In this document: one piece after another, positions 46,726-60,052 of the stretch
How positions within the stretch are numbered: the first letter of the stretch is position 1
How the letters are laid out: each line of letters starts with the position of its first letter
NCBI RefSeq assembly: GCF_006345805.1
Contig: NC_042999.1
Coordinates: 146,940,001-147,004,000, forward strand
Source: Octopus sinensis
Taxonomy: Eukaryota
Length of the DNA stretch: 64,000 nucleotides
Reading direction: 5' to 3'
Position numbers and translations under genes: made by a program
The notes under the pieces: generated by a model
What the model saw: the letters and a program-made list of their open reading frames with translations, nothing else
Told to the model about the DNA's origin: nothing
The model's database searches: none

Positions 46726-46798
46726 GAGAGAGGAAATATATATATGTTTTATGATGGCATCAATATCAGAAATTAAGAGAATATTAATTCTCTTAATA

Positions 46799-47110
46799 GT
46801 GGAGGCACATGGCCTAGTGGTTAGAGCAGCGGACTCGCAATCGAGGGATCGTGGGTTCGATTCTCAGACCGGGCGATGTCTGTGTTTATGAGCGAAACAC
46901 CTAAGCTCCGCGCGGCTCCGGCAGAAGGTAATGGCGAAGTTCTGCTGACTCTTTCGCCACAACTTTCTCTCACTCTTTCCTCCTGCATCTTGCAGCTCAC
47001 CTGCGATGGTCCAGCGTCCCGTCCAGGTGGGGAACATATACGCCAAGGAAACCGGGAAACCGGCCCTTATGAGCCAGGCGTGGCTCGAGAAGGAACAAAG
47101 AACAACAAAC
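46799..47110 (+). mobile_element. SINE with family C tRNA-like head and a different tail
   Basis: ggaggcacatggcctagtggttagagcagcggactcg...gggttcgattctc (A and B boxes); ends in (AAC)n. Confidence 0.8.
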
Positions 47111-47136
47111 AATTCTCTTAATAATCATACAACGTA

Positions 47137-47360
47137 AAGCGACGAGCTGGCAGAATCGTTAGCACGCCGGCCAAAATACATAGCTTCATTTCGCCGGTCT
47201 TTACGTTCTGAGTTCAAATACTACCGAGGTCGACTTTGCCTTCCATCCGTGTCGGGGTCAATAAAATAGGTACTAGTTGAGCATTAGTATCGGTGTAATC
47301 GACTTACTCCCTCCCTTCTGAGCCGAAATTGCTGACCTTGTGACAAAACTTGAAGCCAAT
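47137..47360 (+). mobile_element. SINE family B
   Basis: Family B head and body motifs. Confidence 0.8.
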
Positions 47361-47376
47361 AATGACACAATATAAC

Positions 47377-48028
<652 letters not shown>

Positions 48029-48427
48029 GACTGGAGACGGGAGACGACTGTGCAGATGTGAGGCAGGGATAAAGGTGATAAAGTTTTGAGGGTAGACAAA
48101 TGATGGGGGTTCGAGATTTACATTCAGAACTCTCTTGGTATCGGATCTATGCCAGTTTACATTAATGATTCAAAGAGATTTCAATCAGGTTTTCTTATGT
48201 GCGTATTTGTGTATATAAATCGTTTAGCTATTGGACGGTGGTCATACTAGGGCACTGCTTTGAAGGGGTAAGTTGAACAAATAGACCCCATTACGTATTT
48301 TTAAGTCTTGAATTTATTCTCTCGATCTCTTATACAGAATCACAAAGTTACAGGAACATACAAAACCAGGACCAGTGGTAAAGATTTGAGGGTAGACAAC
48401 CATAATGGCACACACACACATACAAAC

Positions 48428-48458
<31 letters not shown>

Positions 48459-48639
48459 AGCACCTTTTATCTTTTAGCTTTTACTTGTTTCACTCGTAGG
48501 AATGCGGCCATGCTGGGGCACTGCCTTGAAGAACTGTTAGTCCAATTAGCCCTGGACTTATCTTCTAAAGTTTGATACTCATTTAATCGCTTCTTTTACC
48601 GAACTGCTAATTTACAACACCAATGCTTAAGTAATAGAA

Positions 48640-49030
48640 GACGGCGGTGAGCTAGCAGAAATGCTTAGCGATATTTCGTCGTGCCGCTACGTTCTGAGTT
48701 CAAATTCTGCCGAGGTCGACTTTGCTTTTCATCCATTCAGGGTTGATTAAATAAGTACCTGTTACGCACTGGGGTCGATATAATCAACTTAATCTGTTTG
48801 TCTGCCCTTGTTTGTCCTCTCTGTGTTTAGCCCCTTGTGGGTAGTAAAGAAATAGGTATTTCGTCCGTCTTTATGTTCAAAATCCGCCGAGGTCGACTTT
48901 GCCTTTCATCCTTTCGGGGTCGATAAATTAAGTATCAGTTACGCACTGGGCTCGATGTAATCGACTTAATCCCTTTGTCTGTCTTTTTTTGTCTCCTCTA
49001 TGTTTAGCCCCTTATGGGCAATAAAAAAAA
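48640..49030 (+). mobile_element. SINE family B, tandem dimer
   Basis: The body is repeated twice. Confidence 0.85.
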
Positions 49031-49726
49031 TAGATGGCACTTAAGGTTCCACACAGTGGACTGAAGACGAAACCACGTGGCTGGGAAACAAACTTACCAC
49101 ACAGCCACGCCTGCACCTGTCTTCATCCCGTAGCTCTAATTTTTCTATCGTCGATGCCAATGAACTAATGCAAGACGACGCACACCTCGTTATTGGAGCA
49201 TAAGTAGGTACTTATGAGAAAGGGACAGTTGAAGGTTCTAATTGCTTTAACAATGCACATAATGAATCAAAAAGTGAAGTTGCTGTCGATATCGAATATG
49301 CTCGAAATATGTACCACTTTCACAGATTCCGAAATCATGGGTGATTTTCCAGTATTTGTGAAATATCAGAGTAATCTGTACTCATTTATGAACATTATAC
49401 ACGTGAAATGGAAATCCTTGTACATATTACAGTACACACTTCTTGGCTGGAAAAATAGGTGTTAAAGCTCTTATAAGTACAACAATATATATATATATAT
49501 ATAATATATATAATATATATATATATATCGTTTTTGAATACTATGCAAATATTCTTTTAAAAAACTTTTCTTTTAATTTTTCCAAAATTTTATTGATTTC
49601 CATACTTACAGTTGAAAAAATCTAAATGACTGAAACGGTACTGAAATGATTTTTATAAAATTATTTTAGCATTTTCTAGCTTGACTTTTTTCCATACATA
49701 CATACATACATACACACCACACACAT

Positions 49727-49802
<76 letters not shown>

Positions 49803-49831
49803 CGAGAAAGAAGCAACAAGAATGGATAGGT

Positions 49832-49922
49832 TTTTAGTACGATCGTTTCATACAAGGACAGGTTTTATTAAAAGTTGCAAAGATTACAGCATATAAACGA
49901 GTCCCGTACTCATCAGCTAAAA
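49832..49922 (-). ncRNA. Type I hammerhead ribozyme, identical copy on the minus strand
   Basis: Exact reverse complement of 50520-50610. Confidence 0.85.
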
Positions 49923-50519
49923 TACATGTAAGTTCTCTAGACATCCTAGTGTTTGAGGCTATACTCATGAAGTAATGTAGATAATTAAACAGATTTCTAA
50001 AGTTCATTAAAGTTCTTTAAAGATGATGTACAGTCTTATCACAGAATTTTAAAAAAGTTTTGATAGCATCACAGAGAAGGTGACCTAATCCATATGAATT
50101 TCCATAGATATGATGAGGGATTATATACTCACAGAAGACAAATTTATCCATTGTTAATTACAACGAGGTGGGTCTCAACGAGGTGGGTACATCTACACCA
50201 TTGGAATCTGTGCATATATACAAAGGATTAATTCACCCTCTCTGTAATGCTAATAAGCAGGAACTGAGACCCACCTCGTTGTAATTAACAATGGATAAAT
50301 TTGTCTTCTGTGAGTATATAATCCCTCATCATATCTATGGAAATTCATATGGATTAGGTCACCTTCTCTGTGATGCTATCAAAACTTTTTTAAAATTCTG
50401 TGATAAGACTGTACATCATCTTTAAAGAACTTTAATGAACTTTAGAAATCTGTTTAATTATCTACATTACTTCATGAGTATAGCCTCAAACACTAGGATG
50501 TCTAGAGAACTTACATGTA

Positions 50520-50610
50520 TTTTAGCTGATGAGTACGGGACTCGTTTATATGCTGTAATCTTTGCAACTTTTAATAAAACCTGTCCTTGTATGAAACGAT
50601 CGTACTAAAA
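50520..50610 (+). ncRNA. Type I hammerhead ribozyme, intact core
   Basis: TTTTAG-CTGATGA-GTACGGGAC...GTCCTTGTAT-GAAA-CGATCG-TA^CTAAAA. Stem I is TTTTAG/CTAAAA, stem II is extended, and stem III is the palindrome ACGATCGT. Predicted GUA cleavage is after 50604. Confidence 0.85.
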
Positions 50611-50866
50611 ACCTATCCATTCTTGTTGCTCTCTTTCTCGCTTATAATCACCCCACATTACTGTATTGTTAAATCAGTATAGTTTTTTTTTTTGGTGCAT
50701 CTAAGTTAGGTACCATATTCAAGTAAATTTTTTAAAATTAACTTGAATCTTTATTGCTCTTTGTATATATATATATATATATATATCATATGTATAAATA
50801 TGTATATACATATATACATACATATATATATATATCTATGTATATACATGCATACATACATATATA

Positions 50867-50899
<33 letters not shown>

Positions 50900-51889
50900 T
50901 ATATTGTAAAAATATTATAATATATTATAAAATATTATAATAATCCAGGTTTCTCGGAGCACTGGGCCACTTGGTGTTGAATAGATATACTATTAAATTA
51001 GTATCTAATTCTCTCACCCTTATTAATTAATTATATATATATATATATATATATACGACGGGCTTCTTTCTTTCTTTCTGTATATATATATATATATATA
51101 TGTTATAGGCGCAGGAGTAGCCGTGTGGTAAGTGCCTTGCTTACCAACCACATGGTTCACGGTTCAGTCCCACTCCTTGGGACGGTAGTAGTTGAATAAT
51201 ATTAAGGCCGCAATTTACTCACATGCAGTATCTTTCAAAGCTTGTCGCTAATTCAGTTCTCAACCAATTTGAAAATTGTTAACATTTTTGAAGACGACTG
51301 GTCCCTAGCTACATTTTGGCAGAAAACAAAACAGATTTGGTCCAGTAGAAAAAAGTTTACATCAAAATTTGTAGCAACGTTATAGGAGAGTATGTAACTG
51401 CACGAATCACGTTTAGCTCTAAATAACTTTTCTATTTTAAGAGCAAAATATATTTATATTAGCTTCAATGAGAGAAGAAAGCAGGAAATAATTTCATAGT
51501 TTTGGTCCCATGCAACAAACATTTGTATAAAAAAGTTGTGAGGTAGGTAAAATATCATGGCAAAAAATATAAATAAGGTGAAACATTGGATTTAAGTATA
51601 ATTAACTTTTTTTTTTATCTTAGAAACAAATTATATTTTAATTAAGCTTAGATAATAGATCTTAATTCGAGGAATTTCATGATATCAATCTTATGCAATG
51701 AAGTTTTAAAAGAAAAAAGTTATGAGTGTTTGTTTCTCAAATTTGAGGTTGATAATATGGTGCTATACCTTTACATGAATATAGTTCTATCAGGAGTCTT
51801 TTAATATATGTCATCGGTGACATTGGGATAAGGAAAAAATTACCAGCGACACCGCTTATTACACATTTGACACATTATTAATTAGCATA

Positions 51890-52271
51890 ATGGAAGCACT
51901 CCGTCGGTTACGACGACGAGGTTCCGGTTGATCCGATCAACGGAACAGCCTGCTCGTGAAATTAACGTGTAAGTAGCTGAGCACTCCACAGACACGTGTA
52001 CTCTTAACGTAGTTCTCGGGGATATTCAGCGTGACACAGAGAGTGACAAGGCCGGCCCTTTGAAATACAGGTACAACAGAAACAGGAAGTAAGAGTGAGA
52101 GAAAGTTGTGGTGAAAGAGTACAGCAGGGATCACCACCATCCCTGCCGGAGCCTCGTGGAGCTTTTGGTGTTTTCGCTCAATAAACACTCACAACGCCCG
52201 GTCTGGGAATCGAAACCGCGATCCTACGACCGCGAGTCCGCTGCCCTAACCACTGGGCCATTGCGCCTCCA
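51890..52271 (-). mobile_element. SINE family C, full length, young
   Basis: Minus-strand head ggaggcgcaatggcccagtggttagggcagcggactcgcggtcgtaggatcgcggtttcgattccc; tail ...cgtaaccgacggagtgcttcca. Confidence 0.9.
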
Positions 52272-52303
52272 ATTAGCATAGTAGCATAGCCTAGAAAAAA
52301 CAT

Positions 52304-53194
52304 GGATTACATGGAAAAATGCGAGCAAGAGAAATAATATTCTTACGATTATAAAGCTGGAAAATTACAGGACAAGTTATTGTACTTGGAAAAGTTCAGG
52401 ATAACTTATTACAACTGGTAAAGTACAGAACAAGAAAATTTTTGTTTAAAATACTGCAGCTCAGGATAAAATTTGAATATTAAAAATTATTTGATTTTAA
52501 TTTACAAAGTAACACTATAATTAAAAAAGGTACCATCGTTTTGTCAAAGTATTGACACAATAGAATACTTAAAAATGGGAGCCAGAAGTACCAATATAGC
52601 TAAAGTTTTATGCAAAGTAGAATAGTATATATGGTAGACAAATTCATTATGTAAAAAATAGGCATTGGGTCAAGTCTAAAAATATGAAGACTTAGCAATA
52701 ACTTAGTCAATACCTCAAGCAAATTTTACTGTGAATTTGTTGTTATAGGTAGATTTTACTGTAATATATGACTAATTTTTGTATTATTCTATTTATTGTA
52801 CTAATTATATAATACTATTATCTTTTATAATCCATTTTCAAATTTCTAATTATTAATTAATAATTTAAAAATTGAATTTTTCAAAGTGCAAAACATGTTT
52901 TAATTGAGTTTTTTTATTATTATTAGAAGTAACAAGTAATAACAAACAGAAGTAATAGCTTGTAATAATTTTTTTTTAGTTCCAATAAATGCTAATATTT
53001 TCTAAATATAAATATTTTATTTGAAATTCTATCCTTAGCTGCAATATTTTAAGTAAACATTTGCTAATTGTGTACTTTACCAGATGTAATAAGTTGTCCC
53101 GAACTTTTCCAACTGTAATAATTTGTCCTGTAATTTTCCAGGTTTATAATCTTGAGAATATTAACACTCTTGCTCGGAGTTTTCCATGTAATAC
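52304..53194. mobile_element. Foldback/MITE with ~125-bp TIRs and an AT-rich interior
   Basis: 52306-52430 (attacatggaaaa..cgagcaagag..aatattct.a.gattataaa.ctggaaaattacaggacaa...ctggtaaagtaca) is the reverse complement of 53068-53192. Confidence 0.8.
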
Positions 53195-54414
53195 GTATTT
53201 GTGTGTCTCTGTTTATCCCCACCCCACCATCGCTTGACAACCAATGCTGGCGTGTTTACGTCACCGTAACTTAGAGGTTCGGAAAAAGAGAACGATGGAA
53301 TAAGTACTAGGCTTACAAAGAATAATGGGGAACAGCTATCTTGCTCCATGACTCCTTTACAGTTGATGCCAATGACATATTTTCCAACGGCTATTGCGAA
53401 TGTATATCTCTATTCAACAACGCCAATGACATTGTTGGTTTTCACAGGTTTCCCCAACACCTCTAAAGTGTTTTGAAGAATGCCTCAACAACGTCCTTCA
53501 AAAATACAACTTCGGAAACATACTAGTGATGGGTGATTTTAACCTCACTTATATAAACTGACCCACAAATACTCTGAAGTTAGGCAAATGCACTACACCA
53601 CACAAAGCAGCAGCAGAATTACTCCTTAATCTAATGGATGACTTTTTCCTGACTCAGCCAGTGCCCGAACCAACAAGACAATAAACCGATCTTAGATCTA
53701 ATATTAACCGAGTACTCGAGCTCTTTTCACAGTATTTCAGTTGAAAACACTCTCCTCTTGGACCATGACATGATATTTTAAAACTTTAATTTCCGGCCAA
53801 TCCCACTCCACTGCACTTATTTGACAACATTAACTTCCACAAAGCGGACTTGTGAGCAATAAGAAAGGATATGTCCTTTATCGATTGGTCCTTCATTCTC
53901 AGTTCCACTGACATTGAAACCGCATGGCAGTGCTTTGAAGACATTGTCACTTATACATGCTCAAACACGCTCCAACGAAATCCACTACACAAACAGAAAC
54001 AGGGTCCCTAGAGAAAAAGAAATCCTCATCAGGCACATCAAAATACTTAAACAGCCAATTAAAATACTCCCACATACAATCCATATTCAAGAAGAATGAA
54101 AGACCTGAAGTTGGAAAAACTTGCTCTGCAAACCAACATGGAAACCTCCATTGAAAATCAAAGAGCTGCAGAGGAACAGCGGGTAATCAAAAAAATCAAA
54201 CCCAAAAGTGTTCTATTCATATGCAAATAAGCATAAGACTGCTGTCTCACTCATTGGTCCATTGATCTATCATAACGGCATTCTACAACACGATGCTAAA
54301 GAAATGACAGAAGTACTGCAGAAACAATACTGCTCTGTCTTAAGTGATGTGAACGAAGTCGATTCCCAACATAAAATGTCGGACATAACCTTTTCTGATT
54401 CAGACATCATAGCA

Positions 54415-54942
54415 GATGCAACCAATAAACTGTCTACGGTCTGGCTACTCTATGTGAAAAGCTTCTCCGAAAAGATACAAAAGATATGCGGCCCATATGA
54501 CATCAGGACAGTATTCAAGAGTAATACAACACTTCGCAAATATCTCCTTCGAGTAAAACCACGAACAGAAGATAATATGACCAAAAACTGCTTGTACTCC
54601 TTCCAATGCAGCTGTGGAAGGTTATACAAAAGTGAAACATACCGCCCCCTCAAAACAAGGGTAGAGGAACATCGCAAAGCTGTGACACGAAGAGATATTG
54701 ATAAATGGGGTATAGCTGATCATCTATGGAAAAATGGAGACCACCTCCCCCTGTGGGATGAAGTTAAAATAATTGACAGAGAACACCCCTGGAAAATTCG
54801 AAATCTAAAAGAAACAGCACATATGCTAGAACACAACAACCACCTAAGCAGACCGAGTGCAGATATGAATAGCAATTGGGAGCGGATATTAAGGAATGAT
54901 AGGAAAATATTAGATTTAAAAGCCCTAAAATTCACTCCATAA
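54415..54942 (+). pseudogene. Penelope-like element 3' ORF fragment (GIY-YIG endonuclease)
   Basis: LLYVKSFSEKIQKIC...NCLYSFQCSCGRLYKSETYRPLKTRVEEH...IADHLW...IIDREHPWKIRNLKE matches the PLE GIY-YIG layout with CxC, R..EH and E. It interrupts the CR1 sequence SDII|INEIKYYSAVGLD. Confidence 0.85.
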
Positions 54943-54945
54943 TTG

Positions 54946-55170
54946 CCCACGGGCATATGGTGTAGTGGTTAAGAGCGCGGGCTACTAACCCCAAGATTCC
55001 GAGTTCGATTCAATAATAATAATAGTAATAATAATAATAATAATAATAACAACAACAACAATAACATCGTAAAATACCCTAGGAATGAGAACCCAGGTTC
55101 GAAATTTCCCCAAGACACCTGATGACGGATGGAGAGTATATCCGTCAAATGTAAATAATATAAATAATGA
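54946..55170 (+). mobile_element. tRNA-head / (AAT)n / hammerhead-remnant module forming the 3' end of the PLE
   Basis: gggcatatggtgtagtggttaagagcgcgggctactaaccccaagattccgagttcgattc, then (AAT)n, then caagacacCTGATGAcgg.. with the GAAAC half deleted. Same module as 47377-48028. Confidence 0.75.
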
Positions 55171-56739
55171 ACAATAAATGAAATCAAATACTATTCTGCT
55201 GTAGGCCTTGATAGATTTCCTGCTAGTCTCCTGAAGCAATGTAGACACCAACTTTCAGTCCCTCTGCCCAACCTCCGGAGAAATTCTTTAGGCTCAGATT
55301 ATATACCGAAGCAGCTCTTATCCCAAGTCTGTCACTCCGGTTTTAAAAGAAGGAAACAGATCTCTCACAGTCAAATATTGTCAAATCTCACTCACCTCCC
55401 ATATTATTTTGAGAGGGTGATAGCTGGCTTCCTAGAAAGCTACACACTCCTAAATTCAAACCAGCATGACTTTCGCTACGGCAGGGACTTTTTAACACAG
55501 CTTTTACACCACATCGATGATATACTTAAAGCCTTGTGAATAGGTTCGGACTCTGATGTCATATATATATTGACTTCGGTAAAACGTTCGATAGAGTTGA
55601 CCAAAATATCCTACTATCAAAACTGACAAATGTTAGAATCCATGGAAACCTCTACACTGGATTGAGTATTTACTGGTGAACAGAGCACAACATGTGATCA
55701 GTGGAATCCACTCAAGCCCAGCAAAAGTCACCAGTAGTATGCCTCAGGGGATTGTCTTGGGCCCGCTCCTCTTTATAAGCTATATAAACGACCTTTCTAG
55801 CGTCATCAAACACAGAAAAGTGAAAATATTTGCTGATGACTCTAAGCTCCAGAAAATTATCAATGAAGAAGAAGACCGAACGCAACTCCAGTCTGATCTA
55901 TATGCTGTGAGTCAATGGGCAGATAAAAACAAAATGTAACGAAACGGAGGAAAATTTGAGCTGATGCAAACTACACTAAAACAACCATACTCTTTTCCTT
56001 CAGGGAAATCTCTCACAACATCTAATAATATCAGAGACCTGGGAGTATTTGTTGATAACAATCTCAGTTGGGGTCCCCATATCAACAATAAGGTCAATAT
56101 AGCTCGGAGGATGAACTTCTGGATCCTAAAAACCTTCCGGTCCAGAGAAGGTGTCATCATTCCAGCTTTCTCCTCCTTTGTATGGCTACACCTCGAATAC
56201 TGCTGCCCCCTGTGGTCCCTCTACGAAACAAAACATCTCGAAAATTGAATCACCTCAGAGGTCATTCACTAAAAGAATTAAGGGCATGACTAATCTCGAT
56301 TACTGGGACCGCCTTAAAGCATGGAAACTCTATTCTCTCCTCAACATTATCTTCAGAATTCATCCAGGCTAGGACCACGGGCCATACGTCCCCTACCCAA
56401 CTCAGGATCACAACACATCAATACGCTGCTACACAATTTCTTTTCCTCAACAGACTATGCCCTATTTACCATTGTCCCGAAACAGATGAAAGAGGAAAGG
56501 ATTCCATTACCTTTAAACGGAATCTGGACAATTTTCTTCAAGGAATACCAAATAAGTCACCTGTAGTTGAATACAAATCATTTAACAAGAACTCCGTACT
56601 CGAATGGACCCATGATACCGCCAAACGTGACCTAAAAAGGATTTTGATAATCCTATCAGGGTGCAATTAAGTTAGACATGACCTGGACCAATCTTTGGTC
56701 GAAACATATCTAAGCTTTGTCTAAGTTTATATATATATA

Positions 56740-56797
<58 letters not shown>

Positions 56798-56845
56798 TTG
56801 AGTAATTGAATGAATTATCTTATTAAGGATAATTCGAAAGATAAC

Positions 56846-56918
56846 CTGATGAGAAGTCTGCATAATGTACTCCTTATTCCTTCGGAATTAGGAATATGCA
56901 GCCTTCGAAACATATGTC
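56846..56918 (+). ncRNA. Hammerhead motif with intact core and branched stem II; stem I 5' strand missing
   Basis: CTGATGA-GAAGtCTGCATA...(tattccttcggaat hairpin)...TATGCAGcCTTC-GAAA-CATATG-TC^. Stem III is the palindrome ACATATGT. Followed by AATAAA; lies between (TA)n tracts. Confidence 0.65.
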
Positions 56919-56987
56919 GAGAATAAAGGATATTTGTTAACTAGTCGTTCAACTCCATTCTTTCATATACTTATATATATACATATA

Positions 56988-57215
56988 TACAACGGGCTTC
57001 TTTCAGTTTCCGTCTACCAAATCTACTCACAAGGCTTTGGGCGACCCGAAGCTATAGTAGAAGACACTTGTCCAGGGTACCAAAGCCTGGGAACCCGGAA
57101 CCATGTGGTTGAAAAGCAAGATTCTTACCAGACAGCCACACCTGCACCTATATATATATATGCCCCAGCATGGCCTCAGCCGGATGGCTGAAACAAGTAA
57201 AAGAGTAAAAGAGTA
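56988..57215. mobile_element. SINE family A fragments
   Basis: Minus head 56988-57150; plus tail 57163-57215. Confidence 0.75.
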
Positions 57216-57689
57216 ATATGTGTGTGTGTGTGTGTTGTGTGTGTGTGTATGTATGTGTGTGTGTGTGCGTGTGTGTGTGTGTGCGTGTATGTATGTATGT
57301 ATGTATGTATGTAAACACACGACCGGCTTCTTTCTGTCAATCAATTCCCACATGGCTTTATGCACGAAATACATATATACATAGATTCAATTACATAGTA
57401 GGTAAGGAGCGTAGTTAAGTATTTTTTCTTCTTCTTTTTTTTTTTTTGTACGTCAGAGTAAATTCGTTGTCGGAATCAGGCCATCTCTAGCCGTGACCAT
57501 TCTTCCTTTTACATTTTTTAAGCTGCCGATACATTACATTTAGTGCTAAAATACCTGTTTCAATTCTTCACTTTAAAAAAAAATCTTTTTACGTTTAATG
57601 ATTCAGTCAGGTGTGGCTGCTATTTCTTGGAAGGCTCATCAATGCACAAATCGTGTTCGATGTCAGGTTTGTTTGCTGCAGTACGTTTA

Positions 57690-57691
57690 TA

Positions 57692-57783
<92 letters not shown>

Positions 57784-59642
57784 ACCTTCTACTACTACTA
57801 CTACACCAAACTTCGTCGGGTTGTTTGTTGCGGCTGGTGCATTTCTTGTTTCTTCGTCTGTCACTCTCCTTGCTGCTGTTGCTGCTGCACTTAGAAATAC
57901 TGCAGCTGCATGTATTGGGATTGCTGCAGTTATCATCAGTAACTTCCATATTGTTTATGATGCACCTTTGTTTATTTTCGCATGAAGTTTTTGTTTTGTT
58001 TTTTATTTTTATTTTTTTAGCGTGGGGGGGGGTCTTACCAGAATCGTCACTACTTTCGCCGTTGTTATGGCAACACTATTCGAAGTTACTTTATTTGTCG
58101 GTATCCTCTCGTTACACTATACGCTTTGTTTATACCGCAGTTGTCGGTGTTTTTGTCAATTATGATGCAAATTTTAGTGTTGGCAAACATGTCGATGCAG
58201 GTGTTGGTGTTCTTCTTCTTCTTCCACGCCATTAGCCACAAAGAATAATCTCTAATTCGAGCCTACTCTAAGCTACTAAGAATGCGTACGGCAACTTGAA
58301 AATCCACCCACTACACGCGATAGCCTGGCGGTTGCACGGGCGCAAAAGCTACGTTGTTATCCTCATTCCGTAAACTGTGGCTTTTTACGGGTGGAGAGCT
58401 GAACCATCCTGGGGTACAGAGGATTTGCAATCTAGACTAGGGTCTGAAAATTTACCACACCATAGTGGGTTACACCATGGTTCCTCTGTGGCAGAAGTTC
58501 CTTGGTGACAGAAGTAGAAAGAAAGAGTGAGAGAAAATGTGGTGAAAGAGTACAGCGGGGTTCACCAACCCCCTACCCATCGGAGCCTCGTGGAGCTTAG
58601 CTGTTTTTGCTCACTAGACACTCACAATGCCCGGTTTGGGAATCGAAACCGCGTTCTTACGACTGCCCTAACCACTGGGCCATTACGCCTCCACTGGTGT
58701 TGGTGTTGTTGTTGTTGTTGTTGTTAAGCAAAAAGACGGGTATGGGTGATTAGGTGATGGTCTAGGGCTTAGGGGCGGGAGACCCCAGACCTTGGAAAAA
58801 AAAACTTTGGTCGTCTTGTTGTAGTCGAGGGCTTTTCGTTGACGCCCGACACCACTGGGAGGTGACCCTCGAAGTCGCTGGAAACGGAGATCTCAAGGTC
58901 CAAATTCTTGAACGGCTGGTGTTGGTGTTGCTACAGTTGTCAGCATTGTTTCTAGTTTACTTCTACACTTCTTGTTGTCGGTTCGGTTTTCACCTGTTGC
59001 TGTTCTTCTTTCTATCGCAGCGATGCACCTTTTGCCGTTGTTTCAGATATCGCTGATTGTGATATTACCATTACTATTGCACATCCAGATATTACTGCAG
59101 CTACTGGTGCATTGGTTATTATTACTGCACTTCTTTAGTGTCGCAGTCGTCGGTATCTGTTGTTGCTGCACTCTTTGGTGTTACGACACTTCACTGTTTC
59201 TTTTGTTGTTATTGCGCTCTTTGGGTTTTCTGCAGTTGTTGGTGCCTTTGCTACTGGTGCTGCATTTTTGGTGTTACTGCACTTGTCAGTATCTCTATTG
59301 TTACTATTGATATAATTTTAGGTGTTACTGCAGTTGTTGGTGTTTTTGTTGCTATTGCTGCACTCTTTGTTCTTACTGCATTTGATATTTTTTGTTGTTG
59401 CTGCACATTTTTTGTGTTAGTGCAGTTAACTATTTTGGTGTTTCACTTTTCGGTCTTACTGCAGTTGTAATTCTTGCTGTATTTCTTGCTGCACAATTCG
59501 GCGTTAGTAGATTAACCTGTCTTTCACGTTGCACCATTTGGTGTTACTGCAGTTGAAGATGCCTGTTGTGTTGTTGTTACTAATGTTAGTGTGTCGTTGT
59601 TGTTGCTATAGCCCACTATTACTAATATCACAACCACCACCG

Positions 59643-59693
<51 letters not shown>

Positions 59694-59980
59694 TTACTAC
59701 TACGATTACTACTACTACTACTACTACTACTACTGCAGCTGCTGCTAATGCTATTACTACTACTAGTGCTTCTTGCTCTTTTTCTTCTTGTCCTTCTTCT
59801 TCTTCTACTACTACTACTACTACTACTACTACTGCAGCTGCTGCTATTACTTTTACCACTAATAGTGCTTCTTGATCTTTTCTTCTTTTTCTTTTTCTTC
59901 TTCTCCTTCTACTACTTCTACTACTACTGCAGCTGCTGCTACTACTGCCACTACTACAAGTACTAGTACTGCTGCTGCTG

Positions 59981-60052
<72 letters not shown>

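Larger units (their letters stand above)
49797..50760. mobile_element. Young divergent inverted repeat (~380-bp arms) of a PLE-type terminal repeat, inserted in (TA)n
   Basis: Arms 49797-50177 and 50265-50646 are reverse complements differing by about one indel, with an 87-bp spacer. The right arm continues to ~50760, then (TA)n. Confidence 0.9.
53400..56720 (+). pseudogene. Decayed CR1/L2-group LINE ORF2 (APE endonuclease + RT), split by a PLE insertion
   Basis: EN motifs ILVMGDFN (~53520), EPTR, ILDLILT and DH. RT motifs DFGKTFDRVD, PQGIVLGPLLFISYINDL, FADDSKL, RDLGV and HLEYCCPLWS. Many stops and frameshifts. Confidence 0.9.
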
